Shown in pieces: positions 7,302-15,993 of a DNA stretch of 55,293 nucleotides. The notes under the pieces were generated by a model. The model had not been told where the DNA came from. It did no database searches and was given only the letters and a program-made list of their open reading frames with translations. The DNA is from an uncultured Nitrospirota bacterium (GTDB taxonomy: Bacteria > Nitrospirota > Thermodesulfovibrionia > Thermodesulfovibrionales > CALJEL01). Numbering within the stretch: the first letter of the stretch is position 1; every line of letters begins with the position of its first letter. The stretch is taken from assembly GCA_947085365.1 (NCBI GenBank), contig CAMTWD010000070.1, forward strand, positions 1 to 55,293, read 5' to 3'. A program made the translations under genes and the position numbers.

Positions 7302-8921
7302 TCACCTCAGATCCAGAACTGTCTGTAAAAGCTCGTCAGCCATCTTTATCACCTTTGCACCTGCCTCAAAGGCCCTCTGGTATCTGATGAGATTTATCGC
7401 CTCCTCGTCAAGATTTACTCCAGAGATTGATTCTCTCTGTCTTGTCAGTTCAGCCATGAGATTCTCCTCAAACCTGAGACTGTCCTGTGCCGTCCTGCTC
7501 ATTACAGCTGTTATGGAGACGAGTTCATTGTAGTATTCAAAGAAGGTGGCTTTGCCAAGGCTATCTCTTGGCTCCTGGAATAATCGTGTTATTAAAAGGG
7601 CATTCCGATTATCTGACGGCAGGGTTGATAATGACAAAGAGGCTGCCACCATTAATGGATCGCTGATCTCAAGGTTTGTCTTATCAATGGCATCCTTGAG
7701 AGGACTTATCACTATCCTCTCACCTGGATTAACAGATCCTGTAATTGTTACCTCAATACCGTCAAAGTTGATAGGAAGGCCCGAGACATAAAGACCTGAG
7801 GTTATAATGCTTCCTGTCTGGATGTTCTTTACATAGTAATTATTTAAATCAAAGGTTATCTCGTATTCGTCAAGGGTGAGCTGGCTCATGTCAGTGATCT
7901 CTGCCACAGCAGATGCACCTTTTGTGTAATTATCTATGTGAAGTGATAGGGGAGTGAAGAAGTCCCTTCCTGTTGAACCATCAAGGCCATAACCCACTCT
8001 GTGCTGTAGGTTTATATCCCTGATGATGGATGCCATGAGTCTCCTTATACCGAAGAGCTGATATCTTTCTACATCATTCCTTGAGGAGAGGAGACCTGCC
8101 AGCTCACCCTGCCTTATTGTATCTGTAATATCCTGGCCATTTATGTAGATATAATTCCTTCCATCATGAGACCTGCGAGAAGAAAGAGGAGAGATCCTTT
8201 CCATTTCAATAAGATTAAATGTCCCGTGAGTTACTGTAATCGATCCGTTTTCCTCCTCATAATAGGAGATGTCTATAAGCCCTGAGAGCTCCCTCAAGAG
8301 TTCCTCCCTTTGGTCCCGGAGGTCATTCGCCCTCACAGAGGAAAGGCCGGATTCGATCTGAAGGATCTTTCCATTCAGTTCTCCTATTCTTGAAAGCAGG
8401 CTGTTTATCCTCACTATGACATCATTGATAGAGCCCTCTATTTCCTTTAGCACATCCTTAATGAAACCCTCTGTCTGTTTCATAACACTTAAAAAGGAGT
8501 TTGCCCTTGCAAGCAAAAGGTTCCGGGCAGGAAGGAGCTCTGGATTAGTTGCCACCTCCTGCCAGGCTGAGTAGAAACCCTCAAGGGCACCTGAGAGTCC
8601 TGAAGTCCTCAGGTCATTAAAGGCCTCTTCAATCCTGCTCAGGATATCCCTCATCACCTTAGACATGCCAATTCTCTGATTCTGTAACAGGATCTGGTTA
8701 TAAATGAATCTATCAAAATGCCTCCTGATCCCTGCTATCCTCACACCCCTTCCAAGAAAACCAGCTCCTGTTGCCACAGGGCTTGTTGTCTCAAGAATCA
8801 CCTCCTGTCTGTTAAATCCAGGGGTGTTCACATTGGCTATATTATGACCTGTTACATAAAGGCCCAGCTGGCTTGCAAAGAGGGCTGATCTTCCAATCTG
8901 GAATAATCCATGTATGTGCAT
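7302..8921 (-). CDS. flgK: Flagellar hook-associated protein 1 (FlgK)
   Basis: GLYVTGHNIANVNTPGFNRQ N-terminal motif and C-terminal NLDEEAINLIRYQRAFEAGAKVI. Confidence 0.9.
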   Translation of the reverse strand: MHIHGLFQIGRSALFASQLGLYVTGHNIANVNTPGFNRQEVILETTSPVATGAGFLGRGVRIAGIRRHFDRFIYNQILLQNQRIGMSKVMRDILSRIEEAFNDLRTSGLSGALEGFYSAWQEVATNPELLPARNLLLARANSFLSVMKQTEGFIKDVLKEIEGSINDVIVRINSLLSRIGELNGKILQIESGLSSVRANDLRDQREELLRELSGLIDISYYEEENGSITVTHGTFNLIEMERISPLSSRRSHDGRNYIYINGQDITDTIRQGELAGLLSSRNDVERYQLFGIRRLMASIIRDINLQHRVGYGLDGSTGRDFFTPLSLHIDNYTKGASAVAEITDMSQLTLDEYEITFDLNNYYVKNIQTGSIITSGLYVSGLPINFDGIEVTITGSVNPGERIVISPLKDAIDKTNLEISDPLMVAASLSLSTLPSDNRNALLITRLFQEPRDSLGKATFFEYYNELVSITAVMSRTAQDSLRFEENLMAELTRQRESISGVNLDEEAINLIRYQRAFEAGAKVIKMADELLQTVLDLR

Positions 8922-9364
8922 CAGACCTCCATTCTCATAGAACCCCTCGATAGATTCACACCCAAGGATTCAAGGAGGCTTGAGGCAGTCCTTACATAAT
9001 TAAGGGATCTCTCGATGAGGATCCTGTTGAAGTCATTCAGCTCTGAGACTGCCTGAAGAAGGGAAAGTAGCCTTGACCTTAGCTCCAGAAAGGTAGTATC
9101 ACCAGTAATCTCATAAAGCCTCCTCAGGGTAATCTCCCTTTCTGTATTCATCTTCTTCTTCATCCTCTCCATCAGCCTGAGCCTCTCTGTTTCGAGAAGC
9201 CTGATCCTGAGGAGAACAAGATCCTTCCTTTTTGAGAGCTCCTCCAATTCAAAGGGTCTCAGGTCCACGAGGAGAGCCCTCTCCTGCTGGAGTATATCCT
9301 TAAGGGCCAGGTATCCTGTAATAAGCTCCCTCAGTATATCCTTGAGATGTCCCAGGTCTGTCAT
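8921..9364 (-). CDS. flgN: FlgN-like export chaperone
   Basis: 147 aa, helical, between flgM and flgK. The start overlaps the flgM stop. Confidence 0.6.
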   Translation of the reverse strand: MTDLGHLKDILRELITGYLALKDILQQERALLVDLRPFELEELSKRKDLVLLRIRLLETERLRLMERMKKKMNTEREITLRRLYEITGDTTFLELRSRLLSLLQAVSELNDFNRILIERSLNYVRTASSLLESLGVNLSRGSMRMEV

Positions 9365-9675
9365 ATCTCCCTTATTAATCTTTCGGCAATCTTCACAGGG
9401 TCAATCCTGTATTGACCTGTTTGGATTGCTGACCTCAATTGTTCCACCACCTCAACCCTTATTTCAGGCAGTGACTTCACCTCTTCTAAGAGTCTTGCTG
9501 CCATCCTTGCCTCAGAAGAGATTTCAACCCTGTCTTTTTGAGTCCCTCCAAAGGGGCTTCCCGTAACCTTCTCAGATAGTTCCTTCGGTTTAACACCAGA
9601 AACCCCCTGATTCTGTGTCTGGGCTGTTACTTCGCCAGTAAGTTTGTTCAGGGACCCTCCATCATAAATTTTCAT
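9361..9675 (-). CDS. flgM: Anti-sigma-28 factor FlgM
   Basis: DRVEISSEA motif and C-terminal VEQLRSAIQTGQYRIDPVKIAERLI. Confidence 0.8.
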   Translation of the reverse strand: MKIYDGGSLNKLTGEVTAQTQNQGVSGVKPKELSEKVTGSPFGGTQKDRVEISSEARMAARLLEEVKSLPEIRVEVVEQLRSAIQTGQYRIDPVKIAERLIREI

Positions 9676-9688
9676 AGCCTAACCTCCT

Positions 9689-9785
9689 CTGCTACTTTCC
9701 AACTGTTGGGCTACACAGGGGAAATTGCCTTTCTCCTGTGAGACCTCCAACTGTTACTTCGCCACTAAAACTGTTACTTCGCCAC
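9689..9785 (-). repeat. Repeat cluster in the flgM leader: degenerate copy, imperfect hairpin, then two core copies 20 bp apart
   Basis: A degenerate copy lies at 9689-9703. A hairpin cacagggga...tctcctgtg spans 9714-9740, followed by gagacctcca. ctgttacttcgccac occurs at 9751-9765 and 9771-9785. Confidence 0.85.
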
Positions 9786-9807
9786 CTATTACGGTGCCTT
9801 TATTTTA

Positions 9808-9834
9808 TTATCGGCAAAAGATCTTAACCCTTTA
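9808..9834 (-). promoter_or_regulatory. Consensus sigma28 (FliA) promoter for flgM-flgN-flgK-flgL
   Basis: Minus strand reads TAAA-gggttaagatctttt-GCCGATAA, an exact TAAA-N15-GCCGATAA. It overlaps the 3' end of the flgJ-like gene, about 130 nt upstream of flgM. Confidence 0.7.
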
Positions 9835-10555
9835 ATCCTTTCAAAAATCCTTCTGGATCAATGGGTTTACCATTGGAGATCACCTCAAAATGGAGGTGAG
9901 GCCCTGTGCTGAGGCCGGTACTCCCAACAAGGGCAATCACCTCTCCCTCTGATACCTCCTGTCCCTGAACTACAAGGTTCAAACTGTTGTGTCCGTATCT
10001 GGTGATGAGTCCATTTCCATGATCAATCTCTACGAGATTACCATACCCATCTCTCCATCCACTAAAGGTAACCCTTCCTTTAAGGGGAGCCCTCACAGGA
10101 GAACCTGGAGGTGCTGTTATGTCTATGCCTTTATGAAATGACCAGAGCCCTGTAACAGGATGTACCCTCATCCCAAAACCAGAACTGATCCTTCCCTGAA
10201 CAGGAAGAAGAGGTAACCTTCCTGGATTGGTAGAGGGGTAAGAGTTCCAGGAACCCTCTGTCCTGATCTGACCATCATTCCTTCTCATTAATTCCCTCTC
10301 AATAGCAGATCCAAGTCCAATACCCCTCTCAGCAAGGACCCTCGAAAGCTCAAGATCAAAAAGGGATGTATAGATATCCTTCTGAAGCCCTCCCTCGGCA
10401 AGGGTCGTTCTCCTCATTGCCTTAAGGAGTTCGTATAAAAAGAGGGATTCCAGCTCCCTCGAGACAACCTTAATTGCCTCTCCTTTTGCCTCACCACCAA
10501 TCCTTGGATCCCTGTTAATGGGGTTGTTTAAACCATTATTCGGAATTATCTTCAT
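9824..10555 (-). CDS. flgJ: FlgJ-like rod-binding domain fused to an M23 (LytM) peptidase
   Basis: N-terminal SRELESLFLYELLKAMRRT (rod-binding domain). C-terminal HKGIDI...GYGNLVEIDHGNGLITRYGHNS...GSTGLSTGPHLHFEV (M23 motifs). Confidence 0.8.
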   Translation of the reverse strand: MKIIPNNGLNNPINRDPRIGGEAKGEAIKVVSRELESLFLYELLKAMRRTTLAEGGLQKDIYTSLFDLELSRVLAERGIGLGSAIERELMRRNDGQIRTEGSWNSYPSTNPGRLPLLPVQGRISSGFGMRVHPVTGLWSFHKGIDITAPPGSPVRAPLKGRVTFSGWRDGYGNLVEIDHGNGLITRYGHNSLNLVVQGQEVSEGEVIALVGSTGLSTGPHLHFEVISNGKPIDPEGFLKGLKG

Positions 10556-10559
10556 AATA

Positions 10560-11654
10560 CTATATAATCTCTATCTCTGCCCTGAGGGCACCTGCCTCTT
10601 TAAGGGCCTGAAGTATTGCTATAAGGTCCCTTGGGGTGACTCCAAGGGCATTGAGTGCCCTTACGATCTCGCCAAGGGTTGTCCCTGAGACCTCCAGAAG
10701 GGATGCCTTCTCCTCTTTTGCCTTAACCTCCATCTCAGGCACAACTACGGTCCCAGCACCTTCAGGTGCAAGGGGTGGAGGCTGGAAAACCTTATAGGTT
10801 GTCTTTATCTCGATAGTCAGATTCCCATGGGCAATGGCAACAGGAGAGAGTCTTACCTTCTCGCCTATAACGACAGTGCCCGTCCTTTCATTTATCACGA
10901 CCTTTGCCTTTGTATCCACTGCCACCTCCAGCTCTTCTATCATCATGATAAATTCCACCGGTCTTTCAATATATTTCTCAGGAATCTTTATCCTCACTGC
11001 AGATGAATCCTCTGCAATGGCTATATCTGGACCAAAGGTCTCATTTATTACCTTCTCTATCCTTGCTGATGTGGTGAAATCAGGTTTAAGAAGAAACAGC
11101 CTGAGAAAACCACTCTCAGAAAGTTTAAAGGGTGGTTCCTTCTCTATAATCACACCTCCCGGGACCTTTCCAACAGAAGGATGATTCTTCTGGATCCTGG
11201 TACCTCCACCACCACCTATAAAACCTCCGATAGAGACGGGCCCCTGGGCAAGGCCATATACCCTGCCATCAGGACCCTTAAGGGGGGTGAGGAGGAGGGT
11301 TCCACCTTGGAGACTCTTGGCATCTCCAATGGTGGATATGAAGGCATCAACCCTTATCCCTGGCTTGGGAAAAGGTGGAAGCTCTGCAGTAACGATTACT
11401 GCTGCAGTATTCCTTGCCTTAATGTCAGAGGGTCTCACGGTAATACCCATCTTCTGAAGCATATTCGCAATTGCCTGCATCGTGGCAATCCCCCTATCCC
11501 CTGTTCCATCAAGACCAACGACGAGCCCGTATCCAATGAGCTGATTTTCCCTGAACCCTTCAAACCTTGCAATATCCTTTATGCGTTCTGCCCAGGAGGG
11601 GGATATTAAAAGGGATAGGGAAAAGAAGATAATCAAGGTCAATCTCTCTGCCAT
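10560..11654 (-). CDS. flgI: Flagellar P-ring protein FlgI
   Basis: Signal peptide followed by ERIKDIARFEGFRENQLIGYGLVVGLDGTGD. Confidence 0.95.
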   Translation of the reverse strand: MAERLTLIIFFSLSLLISPSWAERIKDIARFEGFRENQLIGYGLVVGLDGTGDRGIATMQAIANMLQKMGITVRPSDIKARNTAAVIVTAELPPFPKPGIRVDAFISTIGDAKSLQGGTLLLTPLKGPDGRVYGLAQGPVSIGGFIGGGGGTRIQKNHPSVGKVPGGVIIEKEPPFKLSESGFLRLFLLKPDFTTSARIEKVINETFGPDIAIAEDSSAVRIKIPEKYIERPVEFIMMIEELEVAVDTKAKVVINERTGTVVIGEKVRLSPVAIAHGNLTIEIKTTYKVFQPPPLAPEGAGTVVVPEMEVKAKEEKASLLEVSGTTLGEIVRALNALGVTPRDLIAILQALKEAGALRAEIEII

Positions 11655-11673
11655 AACATCTCTCCCTCCATCC

Positions 11674-12315
11674 TCAGAAAGGCCATATACTGTTAAGTAT
11701 CCTCACAAGCCATCCTGGCCTCTGTTTATCATGAAGGACTCCCTTACCAACAAAATATATCTCCGTATCCGTAAGCCTTGTGCTCAGAATGGTATTATCA
11801 ACAGATATATCCTCAGGCCTTGCCATTCCCTTAAGAACAAGTATCTGTCTCTCATTATTAATCATTATCTCTTTTCTGGCCTCAAGAACGAGGTTACCAT
11901 TTGGCATCACCTCAACAACCTTCGCTGTTATTGTTCCAATAAGTCTGCCCCGCCTGCTCGTCTCACCCCTTCCCTGAAAGTCGTCTTTCATTCCACCCTT
12001 CACAAAGGGTGAAAAATTGAGTGGTGCACCAAAGAGTTCATCAATCCCGGTCTCGAGGCTCGAATCCCTCTTTGTGGATGTATTGGCCTTTCCGGAACCG
12101 GATATGTCCTCTATAACCCTGATTGTCACAATATCATTCAACCTCCTTGCCCTGGAATCCTCAAAAAGCCCTGCCCTCTCAACAAAGAGGGAATTCCTTG
12201 AGGAGGGCTCAGGGATCTCCTCTTTATAAACATATTTAGGTGGAGGAGGTGGAAGACTCGGTGTGGCACAAGAAGTAAGAAAAGATATTATTATGAATGC
12301 AAAGACCCCTCTCAT
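11674..12315 (-). CDS. flgH: Flagellar L-ring lipoprotein FlgH
   Basis: Lipobox FLTSC; the remainder of the translation is FlgH-like. Confidence 0.9.
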   Translation of the reverse strand: MRGVFAFIIISFLTSCATPSLPPPPPKYVYKEEIPEPSSRNSLFVERAGLFEDSRARRLNDIVTIRVIEDISGSGKANTSTKRDSSLETGIDELFGAPLNFSPFVKGGMKDDFQGRGETSRRGRLIGTITAKVVEVMPNGNLVLEARKEIMINNERQILVLKGMARPEDISVDNTILSTRLTDTEIYFVGKGVLHDKQRPGWLVRILNSIWPF

Positions 12316-12316
12316 C

Positions 12317-12979
12317 TCAGAACTCCACCTTCAGTGTATTTTCATCAATGAGAAGGCCTGATATAGGCCTCTTTGTCTGAAGGGTTACGGCCTTTGCAGG
12401 CTCTCCTATCCTTGCCTTCTCTTTGAGCTCACCTGGAAGGGAGATCCTGAATCCCTGGGATTCCACAACAATCAAAACCTTCTTCCCCTTAGGGACAAAG
12501 GCCCTTTCATCAACCATATTCTCTGTAAGAATCATATTCCATGAGAGGTTACGGTTCACAAACCTGCCAACCACCTGTCTCTTTTCCTTAAAGGCTCCGG
12601 GAGGAACCCTCCTCGGTTCTACCAATCTTAAAACTACATCATCCTCGGAGATGACCGCACCCCTCCTCAGGGGCCTTACGGTAAAGACCGCCCTCGTGAG
12701 GAGGGTAACCCTTCCCTTAGCATGGATAATCCTTCCGTCAGTAAGGGCTATCTTAAAGGAGATAAGGCCTGAGGGCTCTTCAATTACATCAACCCCTTTT
12801 ATTAAACTCCCATCAAGAGAGCCGGAGAATTTCAAATCCTCTATCCTTGCATCATCAACTCCGTATCTCTGGAGAAGGGCAGACCTGAGTATATCCTCAA
12901 TCTCTTGTTGAGATCCAGAGGCAGTGAGTGTTAGGTAAAGAAGGATTAGAAGGATTATCCTTAAACAGGACATGATCAC
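12317..12979 (-). CDS. flgA: P-ring assembly chaperone FlgA
   Basis: Signal peptide and a C-terminal SAF/FlgA-type region (VPKGKKVLIVVESQGFRISLPGELKEKARIGE). Position is between flgG and flgH. Confidence 0.75.
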   Translation of the reverse strand: MIMSCLRIILLILLYLTLTASGSQQEIEDILRSALLQRYGVDDARIEDLKFSGSLDGSLIKGVDVIEEPSGLISFKIALTDGRIIHAKGRVTLLTRAVFTVRPLRRGAVISEDDVVLRLVEPRRVPPGAFKEKRQVVGRFVNRNLSWNMILTENMVDERAFVPKGKKVLIVVESQGFRISLPGELKEKARIGEPAKAVTLQTKRPISGLLIDENTLKVEF

Positions 12980-12981
12980 CC

Positions 12982-13770
12982 CTATCTCTTGAGATTGTTT
13001 ATTGTCTGGAGCATCTCGTCAGAGGCCTGAATCGCCTTTGAATTTATCTCGTAGGCCCTCTGACTCACAATCATATTCACCATCTCCTCCACGATATTCA
13101 CATTACTCAGCTCAAGGAACCCCTGTGCAATGGTTCCCAGTCCTTCTGAACCAGGTATGCCTCTTATGGCCTCCCCTGAAGAGTCAGTGGGCATGTAGAG
13201 GTTCTTACCAATGGGCATAAGGCCTGCTGGATTGGCAAACTTTGTCAGCTCTATCTGACCCACCTCAACGGGTGTAGAACTTCCTGCCTGTAAAACCGTC
13301 ACCTTTCCGTCAGCACCAACAGTGATGTTCCTTGTGTCAGGTGGGATAGTGATCCCTGGTTCAAGGATGTATCCGTCAGAATTTACAATCCTTCCCTCCC
13401 TATCGAGCTTGAAGGCACCTGCCCTCGTGTAGGCAATCGTTCCATCAGGAAGGGTTACCTGAAAGAATCCATCCCCCTCTATCACCATATCAAGGCTATT
13501 TCCTGTCTGGATGAAATCACCCTGGGTAAAGATCTTCTGAACTGCCACAAGTTTAACACCGAGACCTATCATGATCCCTGAGGGTATCTGGAGACCTTCT
13601 GCAGAGGGAGCCCCTGGTGTCCTCAGGTTCTGGTACATGAGGTCCTGAAAGTCTGCCCTGCTCTTTTTAAAACCCACGGTGTTTACATTAGCGAGGTTAT
13701 TGGCTATTACATCAAGGTTTAATCTCTGTGCCTCCATTCCAGAGGCTGATATAAAGAGTGACCTCAGCAT
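12982..13770 (-). CDS. flgG: Distal rod protein FlgG
   Basis: [38 protein letters not shown] and C-terminal [20 protein letters not shown]. Confidence 0.9.
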   Translation of the reverse strand: MLRSLFISASGMEAQRLNLDVIANNLANVNTVGFKKSRADFQDLMYQNLRTPGAPSAEGLQIPSGIMIGLGVKLVAVQKIFTQGDFIQTGNSLDMVIEGDGFFQVTLPDGTIAYTRAGAFKLDREGRIVNSDGYILEPGITIPPDTRNITVGADGKVTVLQAGSSTPVEVGQIELTKFANPAGLMPIGKNLYMPTDSSGEAIRGIPGSEGLGTIAQGFLELSNVNIVEEMVNMIVSQRAYEINSKAIQASDEMLQTINNLKR

Positions 13771-13782
13771 ATCTCCCTCCTC

Positions 13783-13797
13783 CTGTTACTTCGCCAC
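13783..13797 (-). repeat. Dispersed repeat copy in the flgF-flgG intergenic spacer
   Basis: Plus strand ctgttacttcgccac. Confidence 0.85.
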
Positions 13798-13804
13798 TTT
13801 ACTG

Positions 13805-14509
13805 TTATATCCTCCCAAGGTCATTATTTATCTTCCCAGCTGCCTCATCGAGGGTCTGGATCGCCTTCTGAAAGGTCTCAAACTTCCTCAAACCTGCAAT
13901 CATCCTGACCATCTCCTTAATAATCTCCACATTTGACCCTTCAAGATAGCCCTGAAGCACCCCAGAAGAGGGCATTATCCCTGAAGTGGATTGGTAAAGG
14001 CCTTCTCCAACCCTGATGAGGTCTTCCGGTCTTTCAAACTCCACAATCCTTATCCTGTCCACAGGATCCCCATCAAGATATATACTTCCATCTCCCTTTA
14101 TCTCCACCTTCCCTTCAGGCAATCTTATAGGTCCCCTTTCGCCCATCACCTTCTTACCTGAAGAGGTGACAAGATATCCCTCCCTTGTCCTCCTTAAATC
14201 ACCTCTCCGGGTATAAAGACCTTCCTCAAGACTGATAAAACCCCTTCCCTCAATGGCGATATCAAGGTCATTATCTGTTTTTATAAAAAACCCGGGTCTT
14301 AGATCTATCTTCACATCTGCCAGATAGGTCATCCTCCTCTCATCAAAGGGATCATTATTTATGAGATAATCACTGAAGGAGAGGGTCCTTCCCTTAAAGC
14401 CAACTGTATTGGCATTGGAGATATTTTCAGATATAACCTCCATCTCCATCTGCTTCATCAGTGCTCCTGAGAGGGCTATGTATATTGCCTTGTGCATGCC
14501 ATAATACAA
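13805..14509 (-). CDS. flgF: Proximal rod protein FlgF
   Basis: MHKAIYIALSGALMKQMEMEVISENISNANTVGFK aligns with FlgF N-termini. The track start is TTG at 14509; the ATG at 14497 is the probable start. Confidence 0.85.
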   Translation of the reverse strand: MYYGMHKAIYIALSGALMKQMEMEVISENISNANTVGFKGRTLSFSDYLINNDPFDERRMTYLADVKIDLRPGFFIKTDNDLDIAIEGRGFISLEEGLYTRRGDLRRTREGYLVTSSGKKVMGERGPIRLPEGKVEIKGDGSIYLDGDPVDRIRIVEFERPEDLIRVGEGLYQSTSGIMPSSGVLQGYLEGSNVEIIKEMVRMIAGLRKFETFQKAIQTLDEAAGKINNDLGRI

Positions 14510-14524
14510 GCAAATATAATGCCA
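14510..14524 (-). promoter_or_regulatory. sigma54 promoter (TGGCATtatatTTGC) abutting the flgF start codon
   Basis: Minus strand reads CTGGCATTATATTTGCTTGTATTATGGCATG. It is a full GG-N10-GC consensus. The ATG lies 27 nt from the T of TGGCAT, with no SD. Confidence 0.55.
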
Positions 14525-14534
14525 GATCTGATTA

Positions 14535-14646
14535 GTGGCGAAGTAACAGTGAGGGTCAGGGATAGGGGGAGTAATCTTTTGAGATTAAAGGGAATTTTTA
14601 AAGGCCCTGAAAGACCCCTTAAAGACCGTCACTGTTACTTCGCCAC
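14535..14646. repeat. MITE-like 112-bp unit with perfect 18-bp terminal inverted repeats made of the dispersed repeat
   Basis: gtggcgaagtaacagtga at 14535-14552 and tcactgttacttcgccac at 14629-14646 flank about 76 bp. Confidence 0.8.
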
Positions 14647-14655
14647 CAACGGGAT

Positions 14656-14994
14656 TTATGACGGGAAATTCTTTCCTTCCTGATAATCTTTGCACACCCT
14701 GAGGATGAGCTCCACCTCTCCTGAGGGTATATGGAGTGACTCAGCAATCTCTCTTACAGAGAGCCCCTTTTTATAAAGGGTGATCACCTCGTAACTCCTC
14801 GTCTCCTTATCCCTGAGGCCCTCTGCCTTTTCAAGGAGTGTCTTCAGGAGCTCCACCTTATCATCAATCCTCTTCTCCATTGCCTTGAGCTCTGTCAGCT
14901 TCTTCTCTATCCTTTTTAAAATAAGGTCTGCCAGCTCCCTCATCTCCTTAACCTCTACAGGGATATCCTTCCTCCTGAGTATCCCTCTAAGCAT
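14656..14994 (-). CDS. Small coiled-coil protein with a C-terminal HTH (flagellar-operon associated, DUF2802-like?)
   Basis: 112 aa. The C-terminal LSVREIAESLHIPSGEVELILRV looks like an HTH. No firm family assignment. Confidence 0.4.
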   Translation of the reverse strand: MLRGILRRKDIPVEVKEMRELADLILKRIEKKLTELKAMEKRIDDKVELLKTLLEKAEGLRDKETRSYEVITLYKKGLSVREIAESLHIPSGEVELILRVCKDYQEGKNFPS

Positions 14995-15003
14995 CTGACC
15001 TCC

Positions 15004-15135
15004 TTAAACCTTTATATCCACTCGTGTCCCTTTCTTCTTCTCCACCTCTTGGGGCCTCTTCTTGGGTCTCTTCTTTGTATCCTTTGGAGGCTGTTCTGTC
15101 ACATTCCTTGTTGGATTTATAGACTCCACTTTCAT
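15004..15135 (-). CDS. Possible 43-aa highly basic small ORF
   Basis: Below the track cutoff. ATG at 15135 has GGAG 6 nt upstream. Translation is MKVESINPTRNVTEQPPKDTKKRPKKRPQEVEKKKGTRVDIKV. It fills the HDOD-to-next-gene gap. Confidence 0.2.
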   Translation of the reverse strand: MKVESINPTRNVTEQPPKDTKKRPKKRPQEVEKKKGTRVDIKV

Positions 15136-15138
15136 ATC

Positions 15139-15993
15139 TCACTCCAGAAAGGATAGCTTCTCTTCCAGATATAATCTCTTGAATTCTTCTGTAATGCTCC
15201 TCAGCTCGTCGGGAGAGATAAAAAGCGCCTTCCTCTTTTCATCCTCTCCAAGGTCGAGGTCATTCATTGGTCCCCTGTATCCAACACCAAGCTTGATGCA
15301 TATGGTGTCAGCAAGACTCACAACCCGGCAGAGGTCATCCTTATAGGGGTCATCTCCGGCCATGGCCTCACAGTTGTGGTGATCCCGGATGACATCACAA
15401 AGAAGGAGAGGAAATCCCCATTTCTCAGCAAGGATATACCCTGCATCAGTATGACTGAATCCAAAGTATTCCTTTTCGAGATTACTGAAAGGCACCCTCT
15501 CATGATATACCTGTTCTATAAGCATGGAAAATCTCTCCGGTTGACTGTTATCCATCAGGACCTTACCAATATCGTGAAGGAGACCTGCCACTGATGCCTC
15601 CTCCACCCTTGCCTTCTTTGTCCTGGCTGCTATAAGGGAGCTTGCAATGGATACACCAAGGCTGTGTTCCCATAGCTTCTGTTCCACTATCCCGAATCTC
15701 CTGTAGACCTCCCTTGTGGCAACCGCAAGGACCAGGTTTCTCAATGTCTTGAAACCCATTATGGAGATTGCCTCTGAAACAGTATCCACATTTTGCCTCA
15801 ATCCATAAAAGGCTGAATTGGCAATCTTCAATACCCTTGATGTCAAGGCCTGATCAGCCATTATCGCCTTCTGAATCTCATCAAGCCTCGTCCCTGGTGA
15901 CTCTATGAGCTTAATAACCTTGAGGGCCACATGGGGCACTGACGGGATATCGCAGGTAGAAAGGATGATCTTCTTCACCTCATCATGAATCAT
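15139..15993 (-). CDS. HDOD domain signalling protein
   Basis: VPHVALKVIKLIESP...IMADQALTSRVLKIANSAFYG...LLHDIGK is the HDOD pattern. Confidence 0.85.
   Translation of the reverse strand: MIHDEVKKIILSTCDIPSVPHVALKVIKLIESPGTRLDEIQKAIMADQALTSRVLKIANSAFYGLRQNVDTVSEAISIMGFKTLRNLVLAVATREVYRRFGIVEQKLWEHSLGVSIASSLIAARTKKARVEEASVAGLLHDIGKVLMDNSQPERFSMLIEQVYHERVPFSNLEKEYFGFSHTDAGYILAEKWGFPLLLCDVIRDHHNCEAMAGDDPYKDDLCRVVSLADTICIKLGVGYRGPMNDLDLGEDEKRKALFISPDELRSITEEFKRLYLEEKLSFLE

Noticed and set aside
10834-11609. Long plus-strand ORFs antisense to flgI (10834..11184, 11181..11609). Similar antisense ORFs occur across the flagellar block, for example 12423..12911, 32609..33085, 33270..33656, 37469..38020 and 46013..46489.
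   Set aside because: They fully overlap strongly supported genes on the other strand, lack SD sequences and have low-complexity translations. They are typical shadow ORFs.
14700-14735. SGEVEL in the 112-aa HTH protein as a degenerate repeat copy
   Set aside because: The DNA (tcaggagaggtggagctc) differs from the core at too many positions, and the residues belong to an ordinary HTH recognition helix.
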